A DNA stretch of 64,000 nt. Source: Lama guanicoe. Lineage: Eukaryota. The notes beneath the pieces were generated by a model that saw only the letters and a list, made by a program, of their open reading frames with translations, was not told where the DNA came from and searched no databases. Position numbers and translations under genes: made by a program. This document shows positions 1-11,246 of the stretch, piece after piece (position 1 is the first letter of the stretch; every line of letters begins with the position of its first letter). The DNA lies in the NCBI GenBank assembly GCA_013239625.1, contig MU053629.1, positions 530,676-594,675 on the forward strand, in the 5' to 3' direction.

Positions 1-930
1 TGGTACAATATATCCTTCAGCCTGTCTTACACCCAACAGTTTGTACCTCTGACTTCCCCACTCCTATATTGCCCCTTCACCTCCCCCAGTGGTAATGATT
101 AGTTTGTTCTCTGTGAGTCTGCCTTTTTTTTGGGTTATATTCACCAGTTTTTGTCTTTTTTAGATTCCACATATAAGTGGTATCATGCAAAGTGTCTGTC
201 TTTCTCTGACTTATTCACTTAGGACGATGGCCTCCAAGTTCATCTATGTTGTTACAAATGGCAAATTTTCATTCTTTTTTATGGCTGAGTAGTATTCCTG
301 TGTGTGTGTGTATGTGTGTGTGTGTACACCACATCTTTTTTATCCATTCTTCTGATGGACACTTAGGTTGCTTCCTTATCTTGGCAATTGTCCATAATGC
401 TGCTATGAACATTGGGGTGGATATACCTTTTCAAATTAGTGTGTTTTGTTTTTTGTTTTGATATGTACCCAGGAGTGGAATTGCTGAGTCATATGGTAGT
501 CCTAGTTTTAGTTTTTTGAGGAATCTCCATATTTTCCATAGTGGCTGCACCAACTTACATTCCCACCAACAGTGTACAAGAGTTCCCCTGCGATCTATTG
601 AAAGTCAGCCCTTGACACAAGGGTTTGTAAAATAACGAAGATAAGATTGAGGTAAAATAATAGAAAAAAAAAAAAAGATAAGAGCTCCCTTTGCTCCACG
701 TCCTCCCAATATTTGTTATTTGTGGTCTGTTTGGTGATGGCCATTCTTACAGGTGTGAGGTCATCACGGTTTTGCTTTGCATTTCCCTGATAATGAGCGA
801 TGTTCAGCATCTTTTCATGTGCCTGATGACTATGTGCATTTCTCCTTTGGAAACAATGTCTGTTCAGTTCTTCTGCCCATTTTTTAATTGGGTCTTTTTT
901 TTTTTTTGATATTGAGTTGTATTGCTGTGT
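1..930 (-). mobile_element. L1 3' region (L1MA/artiodactyl-type), interrupted by the 28S fragment
   Basis: Hallmark antisense L1 motifs: tagattccacatataagtg, atggctgagtagtattcc, gctgctatgaacattggggtg, ttgcatttccctgataatgagcgatg. Confidence 0.9.
588..679 (+). pseudogene. Retroposed 3'-terminal fragment of 28S rRNA (588-628) with A-rich tail (SINE28-like)
   Basis: CTGCGATCTATTGAAAGTCAGCCCTTGACACAAGGGTTTGT matches the recalled 3' end of mammalian 28S rRNA (one CpG C>T); A-rich tail 629-679; TSD AAGAGTTCCC (578-587) / AAGAGCTCCC (680-689). Confidence 0.85.
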
Positions 931-1189
931 CTTTAATTCAGTAGTGATTGTAAAATAGTCATATGCCAAATCGATCATTCTTTCCTTGTTTATATATGAG
1001 AATACTTACATAAAAAGGAATTTAATCACAACTACTTGTTTACTCTGAGCTTCACATAGGGAAGTCAGGATAAATGCTTGAGACTTTGCCTTTATTTTCA
1101 AAACAGTGACTTCCCTGGCAGCATCGTCTAGAAGTACATCTGAGGTTTTATTTTGGGGGAGCTTGTTTTCTTCTTTTGCACTGTTTAGT

Positions 1190-2330
1190 GTAGCTGACAT
1201 GTTTCAATTTAATATTCTTATTGATACTAAAAGTCTCCATATTTGGTCAGTGGAAACTAATTCAAGTTGACCGGTGGAAACTTAATTACTGCATCCTTTT
1301 GACATGACTTGTATTTTTGTATTTTTGTGTCCTTCCTGGTATGACACAATGTTACTGGCTTGTCTTATCCATTTTGTGCTCCAGACTCGATCCACTACTT
1401 CTCTGAGGAGCCCTGGTTCCTTTGAGTTTTTAGAAGGCATGTTGTAGAAACTAGGAATATTTATTACTATGGGTTTATTGTTATTCCTAAATCCTCTCAG
1501 TGAACTGAACTAGGAAATAGGTATGCATGTATGTGTATATTGTGTCTGTGTGTTTGTGTATATTGTGTCTGTATGTTTGTATGTGTGTGTGTGTACAGAG
1601 ATAAAACCAATTATTAATTCATACTAATATTGCCAAGTGAAATTCCGGGTTATAAGGTCTTTACTTAGCTTCATCAACTTTATATCTATAGCCTTTTATC
1701 CACCCGGAAATTCCAGTCCACTGATACCACCATGTTTTTTCATCTGCTTTGTCTCATGCTATATACACAACAGACTGTATTTTAAAGACATTTGGGATAG
1801 TTCTTTGTGATTGTGCCACCAGCTGGATACATAGTTAGGTTCATTGGTTTCATTTTTGTTTGTTTGTTTTTGGAGTTCCTTTTTTCAAATTCAACTTAGA
1901 TAATGTTGCACAATATTGTCAAGGTTTCCAAGTCTCACCCGTGACATAGGGCTTGCATATTCAGAGGTGTTTGCTTTTGCCTCAGTCCCTTCTCCGTCTT
2001 ATTGCCCTCCCTCCCTCACTGCGGCAATTGAAAAAAACAATAGGGTTTCTCCTTGCACCCTTTAAAAATATGTATCAGCAAGTGGATGCATGCTTTCATG
2101 TTGATATCTCACTCCCTTCTTAGGTAAATAATCGTCTGCTATGCACACTTCTCCACATCTAGCTTTTTTCTGGCTCTTGTTCCATAGTGGTACACAGCGA
2201 TCATCTTCATCCCTTTGCAAAGCTACCCCGCCTTCCATTGTGTGGACTGACTTGAACTTACTCAGCCTGCCCTAGTGGTGGACATTGGGGTGTTTCTCAT
2301 CTTTTAAATAGTGTTATTTATTGTATAAAA
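1190..2330 (-). mobile_element. Old L1 (L1MC/L1ME-type) fragments
   Basis: Diverged motifs such as ttctctgaggagccctggttcctt and ttccattgtgtggactg...gtggtggacattggggtgtttc; boundaries approximate. Confidence 0.55.
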
Positions 2331-2890
2331 CCTATTATCTTTATTATACATGAATACTTATATAATAGCTATTATATAGTATCACTATTATAACATAGCT
2401 TTGGGTACTCTTATATCATTTTTCTTTGTAGTCACATGGAAATTAAGTGTAGGTATGATCTGACTCCTTTTGTGAAGAGCGAGAAGGACATCTGCAAGCT
2501 GTAGGGACTGAACAGAGCCTTGGAGCAGGCAAGGAAGGAAAGGGAGTTACATTTGGGAGAAATGGAGCACGTTTCAGTGGAGTAGATGTTACGTCTTTAA
2601 GTAGAAGAAAATAAGGCTTAGGAAGTTAGATCCAGGTTTCCATGACCTGCATTGCCAGCCACGGGCTGTGGATTCTATACCCCAGGCTAGGAGTTGGCGA
2701 TCCCTTACAGTAAAGGACCAGGTTGTCAGTATTTTAGGCTATCACCTCTGTTGGAGCTACTCCACTCTGCTGTTGGACTGCAAAAAAGCAGCCATAGACA
2801 ACTTGTAAATAAGAGCGTTCCAGTAAAACTAGATTTATGGACATTGAAATTTGAATTTCAAAATTCTCATGTATCATGAAATATAATTCC

Positions 2891-3269
2891 TTTTTTAACA
2901 TTTTTTATTGATTTATAATCATTTTACAATGTTGTGTCAAATTCCAGTGTTCAGCACAATTTTTCAGTCATTCATGGGCATATACACACTCATTGTCACA
3001 TTTTTTTCTCTGTGATTTATCATAACATTGTGTGTATATTTCCCTGTGCTATACAGTGTAATCTTGTTTATCTATTCTACAATTTTGAAATCCCAGTCTA
3101 TCCCTTCCCACCCTCTACCCCCCTGGCAACCACAAGTCTGTATTCTCTGTCCATGAGTCTATTTCTGTCCTGTATTTATGCTTTGTTTTTGTTTGTTTGT
3201 TTTTGTTTTTTAGATTCCACATATGAGCGATCTCATATGGTATTTTTCTTTCTCTTTCTGGCTTACTTC
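2891..3269 (-). mobile_element. Young camelid L1 3' end, runs into the gap
   Basis: T-rich tail, then reverse complement of the L1 3'UTR and ORF2 C-terminus (EVSQKEKEKYHMRSLICGI on the - strand); ~97% identical to 6331-6710. Confidence 0.93.
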
Positions 3270-4046
3270 NNNNNNNNNNNNNNNNNNNNNNNNNNNNNNN
3301 NNNNNNNNNNNNNNNNNNNNNNNNNNNNNNNNNNNNNNNNNNNNNNNNNNNNNNNNNNNNNNNNNNNNNNNNNNNNNNNNNNNNNNNNNNNNNNNNNNNN
3401 NNNNNNNNNNNNNNNNNNNNNNNNNNNNNNNNNNNNNNNNNNNNNNNNNNNNNNNNNNNNNNNNNNNNNNNNNNNNNNNNNNNNNNNNNNNNNNNNNNNN
3501 NNNNNNNNNNNNNNNNNNNNNNNNNNNNNNNNNNNNNNNNNNNNNNNNNNNNNNNNNNNNNNNNNNNNNNNNNNNNNNNNNNNNNNNNNNNNNNNNNNNN
3601 NNNNNNNNNNNNNNNNNNNNNNNNNNNNNNNNNNNNNNNNNNNNNNNNNNNNNNNNNNNNNNNNNNNNNNNNNNNNNNNNNNNNNNNNNNNNNNNNNNNN
3701 NNNNNNNNNNNNNNNNNNNNNNNNNNNNNNNNNNNNNNNNNNNNNNNNNNNNNNNNNNNNNNNNNNNNNNNNNNNNNNNNNNNNNNNNNNNNNNNNNNNN
3801 NNNNNNNNNNNNNNNNNNNNNNNNNNNNNNNNNNNNNNNNNNNNNNNNNNNNNNNNNNNNNNNNNNNNNNNNNNNNNNNNNNNNNNNNNNNNNNNNNNNN
3901 NNNNNNNNNNNNNNNNNNNNNNNNNNNNNNNNNNNNNNNNNNNNNNNNNNNNNNNNNNNNNNNNNNNNNNNNNNNNNNNNNNNNNNNNNNNNNNNNNNNN
4001 NNNNNNNNNNNNNNNNNNNNNNNNNNNNNNNNNNNNNNNNNNNNNN
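3270..4046. other. Assembly gap (777 N)
   Basis: Run of N; ORFs spanning it are artefacts. Confidence 1.
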
Positions 4047-6073
4047 AAAAAAATATTTTCCCAATCATTTACAAATGTAAAAACCATTCTTAATTGTGGG
4101 CTATAGTTTGCAAACCTTTGGAAGCCAAAGGAAGTTCTTGAACATGGTAGGATCTGCTCAAAATGATTAGTGAGTAGATTAAAGAGGGCTTCATCAGAAG
4201 GTGGAACCCAGGTTCCATCAAGAGGCTGTTGATCGTTGCAAGGATGTAGTTGGAAGGTGGCTGTGGGAACAGAAGTTGATTTCTTCTTTTCTTTATTACT
4301 TGAGATTGGAGAATTATTGGGATGTGTGGACACATTATATTGTTTGGGAAGCATTACATTATTTGATATGGAATTATATTTCTTTTTAAAAGCTGTGCTG
4401 TATAATATGCCACAGGTTATATACAAAGAGAGAGCCAAACCCACCATCCCACAGTGTGTGGACTTGGGCAGAATTGTCTTGTTCTTTGCCTGTTCTTCCT
4501 CCATCCACCCTCGTCCCCCATCAAGAAACCCAGCGTTGAGCCCAGTTCAGTGGCGGACCTTCTGTATCAGCTGTCCTGTACGTCTTGTTCCCTGTGACAT
4601 TTGCAGGCTAACTATTGAGAAAACAGTATTTTGTTTGTGGGAGGAAAATCAAAGATGATATAAATGAAAAATGCATTTTCATTTAATGGAAATTATTAGG
4701 GCAACTTTTAAAATGTCACTGTGGATTAATGCAGACAAGAAGGAGCTGAATATATTAGAAAGTAGGTCAAGTTATCTCATGTTTATGAATGAGGTGAATT
4801 ACCGTGTAGGTTTAGGTCTGTAAAATTGTGTAATACTACAGTGTATGTGAATTACCCTGGCCCAGATGCTATCGTACTGAAATATAATTAAAATAGAGTT
4901 TGTTCCTTTATCCTTTGTGGCTAAGTATTTTATACCTAATATTTTATGAATTTAATAAACTAGTAAAAGTGATGAGCTTCTTGTGATTGCTCACATTTCC
5001 TGTATTAGACACAGAATCCACTCTAGGGAGTTAAAGCTGAAGTAGACGTAATCCAGGAGGTGAGTGCTTCCAGAATCCTTGGAAGGTCTGGAGGAATCTG
5101 CTTGAGGCTAAGCCTGCAGGATATGCCCCACCCCACCTTCAGACCCATTATCTCCTGCCAGGGTTCTGGAACGCTGCCCTGGCTGCTGCTGTGGAAAGCT
5201 GTTGACTTAGGAGCCCAGGACCTGAGCACTGGCTCCAGCACCATTTGCCCCCGTCACTCACTTCCAAAGGAAAGTCACCCGTGAGCCAGTCTCATTGACA
5301 GTCTATGTGACGTTGGGCACCAGAGTGGCAAAGGTGGCTGGTGTGATGTACTGTTTAGCTGTCCAGCCTCTTCGTACTTCAGATGAGCCAGTCTCTGTAT
5401 TTGCCAGTTTCCAGCTGCACGGAGTGCCTTTTCAGAGGGGCATGCTAACACAGGCAGGCGTCTGAGGGACAGAGTAACCGAATTTCCCTTCCTTGGATAC
5501 ATGTGACACATTTTGACAGCCTTGTGCGGTGGTGATAGAAGCCGGTGTTACTAGTGTTACACCCACGTTCCCCGTTACTAGGATAAGTAGTGTTACTGGT
5601 GACTGAGAGAACTCAGACAACATTTGCCTCTTCATCAAGATCTTTTTTCCTTTTTTTAAAGTTGGAATTTTTGTGAGTAATCCTAGGAAAGGAACACGTG
5701 TTGTTCAACTGTAAAAAGTTCAGGGATGGTGGAGTCCGGGCCTAGAGGGCAGTATTTCATTCACCCCATGAAGGAGAGGACGGTGGGTCAGGGTGCTTCC
5801 CGGTCATCCGTTGTGGAAGCATTTGTTGTTCTAACCCGCGTGGAAGGTCACTGGTACCGGGCTTGTTCACCACGGTAGTGCCAGCTGGCTTCCTCGCTAC
5901 CAGATTGTCCTGTGAGTGTTTTGAAGCGGACACTCCCTTTTCCTTCTGGGTGGGAGCAGGCATTCACAACTAGAGGAACTGGAGATGGTACTTCAAACAG
6001 GAGCTCATTGATTTTGAAGTTCTGAAGGGCAGACCTGAGTCCAGGTCCTAACCCCACCACTTAGTAGATTTAC

Positions 6074-6714
6074 CATATGACCCAGGAATCCCGCTCCTGG
6101 GCTTGTATCCAGAAGGAACCCTACTTCAGGGTGACACCTGCACCCCAATGTTCATAGCAGCACTATTTACAATAGCCAAGACATGGAAACAGCCTAAATG
6201 TCCACCAACAGGTGACTGGATAAAGAAGATGTGGTATATTTATACAATGGAATACTACTCAGCCATAAAAAGTGACAACATAATGCCATTTGCAGCAACA
6301 TGGATGCTCCTGGAGAATGTTATTCTAAGCGAAGTAAGCCAGAAAGAGAAAGAAAAATACCATATGAGATCGCTCATATGTGGAATCTAAAAAACAAAAC
6401 CAAAAACAAACAAAAACAAAGCATAAATACAGGACAGAAATAGACTCACGGACAGAGAATACAGACTTGTGGTTGCCAGGGGGGCGGAGGGTGGGAAGGG
6501 ATAGACTGGGATTTCAAAATTGTAGAATAGATAAACAAGATTATACTGTATAGCGCAGGGAAATATACACAAAATGTTATGGTAGCTCACAGAGAAAAAA
6601 ATGTGACAATGAGTGTGTATATGCCCATGAATGACTGAAAAATTGTGCTGAACACTGGAATTTGACACAACATTGTAAAGTGATTATAAATCAATAAAAA
6701 ATGTTAAAAAAAAA
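6074..6714 (+). mobile_element. Young 5'-truncated camelid L1 (ORF2 C-terminus + 3'UTR + polyA), inserted in a MIR
   Basis: ORF 6103-6390 (CTPMFIAALFTIAKTWKQPKCP...WIKKMWYIYTMEYYSAIK...) is the L1 ORF2p C-terminus; AATAAA plus A-tail; TSD AGATTTAC at 6066-6073 and 6715-6722. Confidence 0.95.
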
Positions 6715-7565
6715 AGATTTACAAACTTGAGGGAGATTTACCTTTCTGTACCTTTGTCTTCTGCTGTGCAGAATGCAGTTAATAGTAACCCCCTCATTGT
6801 GTTTGTTGAAAGAGGACGTTCAGCACAGGCCTGGCCCAGAGCCGGCATTCGAGGTGGCTGTGCTGGTGGTGTGGCGGCATCACCATCACCGGCAGTGGCC
6901 CTCTTCTCATCTCCTGACGCGTTTTCCCTGTGGTCAGGCCACTTGTGTCTATACAGAGCAGCACTTTCCTCACCTGTGGTCCTGGGTCCTTTCTGTGCTT
7001 GTGGGCCTTCTCCTGCCCTTAGATTCCCCTTAGGCTTTTTATTTCCTCTGGGGAAAAGATCTCTCTGAATGTTTAATAGGCATCGGAGCCATCATGGGGT
7101 CGCTAGAAGTCACGTTAGCTTTTTGTTTGTCATCCAGGCACCAAGCGCTCCTTCTGAGGTTTGAAAGGCTGATGGCAGCCGGCCCGCACTACCCCTCCTT
7201 CTTAATCAGATTACTGATTTCATTTCAGGGATGGTTTTCAGCTGCAGTGGCCTTAATTTTGTTGTCTTTGTCCTTTTTCTCCTTGACTCCATTTCTCCTT
7301 TGACTCTCAGCAGTACCTAAATTAAAGCTGGGAGCATACTGGCCTCTATTCTTAGCAAAGCCTCCAGAACGGCCATATCTTAGTGGAATTTTAGGGGAAT
7401 ATAACACATAATAAATGGAAGATAGATCATTTCACACCATTCTGTGCCACCTGAGTGTCTGTCGATGTTCCCTATTTTGGTTTTTGGCTGTTATTTGGTC
7501 TTGATTTCTTAGGGTTTATTTGACCTCTGTGTGGACAAGACCTGACTCCCCCTGGTCCCTGCTTT

Positions 7566-7590
7566 TGTGTGTGTGTGTGTGTGTGTGTGT
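7566..7590 (+). repeat. (TG)12 microsatellite
   Basis: Direct reading. Confidence 0.95.
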
Positions 7591-7951
7591 CTGTCTGTCC
7601 GTCCCTGGGCATGCCCACTGCCCCACTCTTCTTGATTTTACCACCAGCACACCGTGAACAGCATGCCCCACACAGTAAATATAGTGGAATCAAGTCACCC
7701 TGTGGCATGTGATAGAGGGAACTACCTTCTACTTGACTATGAGCAAGTGTGTTTCCCTTCTTCCTCTCTAGTATCTCACCTCAAGGACCTTGACCTTGGA
7801 CTGCGAATTATTTTGTGCAGACCCTGTCTAACATTTTAAGCCTTTACCAAGGATTTTAGTCATGGGTTTAATACTTTTGTTTACCTGGCAATTAGAATTT
7901 GTGTTAAATACTAAGGTGGTATACCCTCCCTTCCCCCCCCCCAATCTAAGT

Positions 7952-8935
7952 GACTCATTCATTCATTCAACAAACATTCATTGAACATGCACAAAGTGCT
8001 AGGCATTCTGCTGGATGCTGGGAAAATTATTGTCAGTAGGATGGAAATGGAAAATGTTGCAATGTAATTGGTGTGGAGGATTTAAGATAGAAATGGAGTT
8101 GACAGGAGATCTTGTAATGTCTAGTAAGAGGCTTAGACTTTTCCTAAGAACAGAGGGAATCCATTAAAGGGTTTAAGTGGAGTGGGATCTTTAGGATATG
8201 GAGTGTGTATTCAAGGGCAGTAAGAAGTGGGGAACCCAGTTGAGACAGTTTTGTAATCATTTGGGCAGGAGATGATGATGTCCTAGAGTAGGAGAAGAGG
8301 GTCGAGTTGAGAGATACTTAGGAGCTGAAGTTTTTAGGACTTGGGTGATTGGATGTGAGAGTACACTAGAGGGTCCTGTCAAGGACGATTCTGTCATTTC
8401 TGACTTTGAGACTTGGGTGGATGTTGGTGCTACTGAGATCAGGAGCGCAGGAAGGACAGCAGGTTTGGGAAGGGTGATTTTTGGTTTTTAATAATGATGA
8501 ATTTGTTATGCATGTGAAAGATCTTGGGGAAATGTGGTGTAGTCTGGGATGAGGAGAACACAGTGGGAAGCCTGGCCTCTATCTGCAGATCTGGTGAATG
8601 AAAGTCGTAAGAGCAGATGAGATCCACTGGGCAAGGGTGCAGAGGAGGAGGAGAAGAAGGACTCAGAGAGAGCTCAAGGACGTGAGGTTTAAGTGGGGAA
8701 GAGAACCGGCAGAGGAGACGCATGGAGAAGGGAGAGGGTCAGAGACGGGCTGAGTCTGCTAGAGTGTCCACTGGTGTCCAGTGCTGTGCAGACGGGCAGA
8801 CTGGAAAGTGAAGGCCTGTGTTATCAGCAGGGAAGACATGAGTAACCTTGGCCAGAACAGGTTCCAGTGGAGCGCTGGGGAGAAGCCAGACGAGGAAGAA
8901 GACGAGTAATTAGAGGTCTGTCCATGTAGAGAACT
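7952..8935 (-). mobile_element. L2 LINE fragment
   Basis: Starts with the L2 3' terminus in reverse (tcattcattcattcaacaaacattcattga...gtgctaggcattctgctggatgctggg), followed by purine-rich L2 body. Confidence 0.75.
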
Positions 8936-9179
8936 CTTGCAGGGTCTGTGGCTGGTGGGGGAGGACACAGGCAGTGCAGGAGTCCAGAGGGTTTGGGGGC
9001 TTGCGGCGGGTGGGGGTGGTTGTTTGCTTTGCTTTTGGGGTGGATGAAAAGAATGTTCCTTCTGTGTGTGTTTCCTTCCTTTTCACACTTACTGCTCTGG
9101 TATACATCCTTTCCTTTCCTTTTTATTTTTAATACCTTATAATTTTGGGGGGAACAGAAATGCTTGAAAGTACAACACA

Positions 9180-10156
9180 AAGAGTGGTTCCCTGAGCCAT
9201 TTGGTTGTAAGTTGCTGACTAATGCACAATCGCCCCCCAATTACTTGTATTTGAGCAGGTATTTCCCAGAAAAGGACATCCTCGAACCTAATCCCAGTGC
9301 AGTTGTCAGAATTCCTGCCATCCAACCCTCAGACACCATTCAAGCTGCACCAAGTGTCCCATTCACGTTCTTTATAGCAAGAGAATCAAACTGAGAATCA
9401 TTCATTGCAATTACTTGTCATGGGTCTGTTGTCTTCTTTAGTCTGCTTGGTCCGTGAGTTTCTCCTTGACTTTCATGACCTTGACCCTTTTGAAAACGAA
9501 AGGCCAGTTACTCTGTAGCATACCTCTCAATTTGATCGGTGTCTTGCTTCATGATTAAATTGGAGTTTTGCCTCTTTGGCAAGAAAATCACAGAAATGCT
9601 GCTGTTATTTTTGCATCCTATCGTGTGGTGCACGATCTAGCTTTGTCCTGTTACTGATCATGGTCCCGTGGTGGAGGTTGTGTCAGCCAGGTTCCACTTC
9701 TCTAAAGGGCTTTTTTTTTTACTTTTCTGTTCTAATGAATAGCAATTTTGTAGGCAGGTACTTGAAAACTGTGTAGCTATCCCATTCCTCATCAAATGTT
9801 GGTTTTACTTATTAATTTATTTATATTAGCATGGACTCGTGTTTTCACGTTTTATTCAGCAGGCTGTAATCATTGCTATCATTTTCCTGTTCAGATCGTT
9901 CTTGATGTGGGAGCCCGTTTAAACTGGTTCCTGTGTCCTTTTGACGCATCATCATTCTTTGAGCAGTTCTTTACTTTGACACGAGAAGATGTGCCAGGTC
10001 CAGCCTACACGGGGCCTCACCCAGCCATTTCTCCAAGGGGCTCTGGTAGCTTTCATTAGAAAAGGGTGGTTTGGAGCCAAGATCTGGGCACCAAGTGTGC
10101 TCTTTGCTCTTGGGATATTCAGCCCGGGCCTTCTCAGTGGACAGACTCGGGGGAAA
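9180..10156 (-). mobile_element. Old L1 (L1MC4/5-type) 3' region; resumes briefly after MER82
   Basis: ctttcatgaccttgacccttttgaa...ggccagttactctgtag, cagccatttctccaaggggctctgg, ttggagccaagatctgggcacc. Confidence 0.7.
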
Positions 10157-10799
10157 CATTTGATTCTTGTTACTCACTGTAATTGTGGTCTGTAAAGTTG
10201 GAGTGAACACTGAATTAGCAAATACTGAGCCATTGCTCTTTGAGAAACAGAAGGTTAGGGTCTTGCCAGCTTCTGGTCACATTTGTGTTAAATTACCAGT
10301 CCATAGCCTTGTTTTATGTGTATTTCCATTTAGAGAAAACCTATATGATACATGTTGTTGATTATTAATTTTGAACTCATGGCCAACAGCACTTAACTCA
10401 TGCCTGAATGAAGCTTATCTAACCTACACGATTTTCCCATAAGACACACTGTAGCATCCATGTGCTTTGGAAAGCTAGATATCTCTTCAGCACTATGCTT
10501 GGGGCCATTTAAGCAGTGAAATCACCTAGAAAACCACAAAGCTGCAAAAAACATGGCACTAAATAGACCACAGTATGGACACATTTACAATTTGAGAGCC
10601 CAAGCAAGGAGGCAGATCATTGTCTTCATAGACCTCAGCTGGGGTAACGTCTATCAGGTCACTCCGAGGTTTTGCCCCTCGGCGCGTGTCCATGGATAAC
10701 CAGGAAGACACTACAAGTGTTACGTTTAGGGTTACAAATACATTTTAGTGAGATGGTGAATTCACAAATACAGAATCAGTAAATAGTAAGGATTGACTG
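10157..10799 (+). mobile_element. MER82 (TcMar-Tigger) DNA transposon, near full length
   Basis: Terminal inverted ends catttgattcttgttactc...gtaaatagtaaggattgactg followed by TA; internal gaacactgaattagcaaatactgagccattgctc and actcatgcctgaatgaagcttatctaac. Confidence 0.85.
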
Positions 10800-11196
10800 T
10801 ATACATATATATTTTTTACTACTGCTACAATTTTGTGTGTGTATCTGTCTGCATGTCTGTCTGCCTGTCTATCTGGAAAACCATGAATTGACACCTGTAC
10901 TTTAAATTCCAATTTAACACTATGGGGTTCCTTCCAGCTTTTCTTTGTTCTGGGCCACCTTGGTGCCCCTTTCCCATACCCGTTGCTGGCACCTACCGTG
11001 TTCTTTCCCACCTCAATGCTTTAAGGCTGAAGTTTTCAAGAAGGAAAGGCAGAGGCGAGAAAGGGTGAAGGGTGTGATTACATCTTATGATCACATGTAT
11101 AATCCATTTATTATGCCACTTAAAGATAGGTCGATGTTAAAATATTTATAAAGCCCTCTTGTTTTTTCATAATTTGAAATAATACAAGTATCATCC

Positions 11197-11246
11197 ATTA
11201 AATTAAATTAAATTTTAATTATTAAATTAAATTAAAATTAAAATTT
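11197..11246. repeat. AT-only low-complexity (TTAAA)n-like tract
   Basis: attaaattaaattaaattttaatttattaaattaaattaaaattaaaatttt. Confidence 0.85.

Larger units (their letters stand above)
2686..4120 (+). mobile_element. MER58B-like hAT-Charlie element, split by a young L1 and the gap (parts 2686-2890 and 4047-4120)
   Basis: gtaaaggaccagg...aaagcagccatagacaa...atggacattgaaatttgaatttc resumes after the gap as atttacaaatgtaaaaaccattctt...tagtttgcaaacc. Confidence 0.75.

Noticed and set aside
588..628. rRNA gene
   Set aside because: Only 41 nt of the 28S 3' end with a tail and TSD; no rDNA unit is present.
2934..4504. Long ORFs of 284-413 aa in the ORF track
   Set aside because: They are long only because they run through the 777-N gap; the flanking residues are L1 or intronic translations.
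6103..6390. 95-aa ORF resembling a real protein
   Set aside because: It is the L1 ORF2p C-terminus in a 5'-truncated retrocopy, not a host gene.
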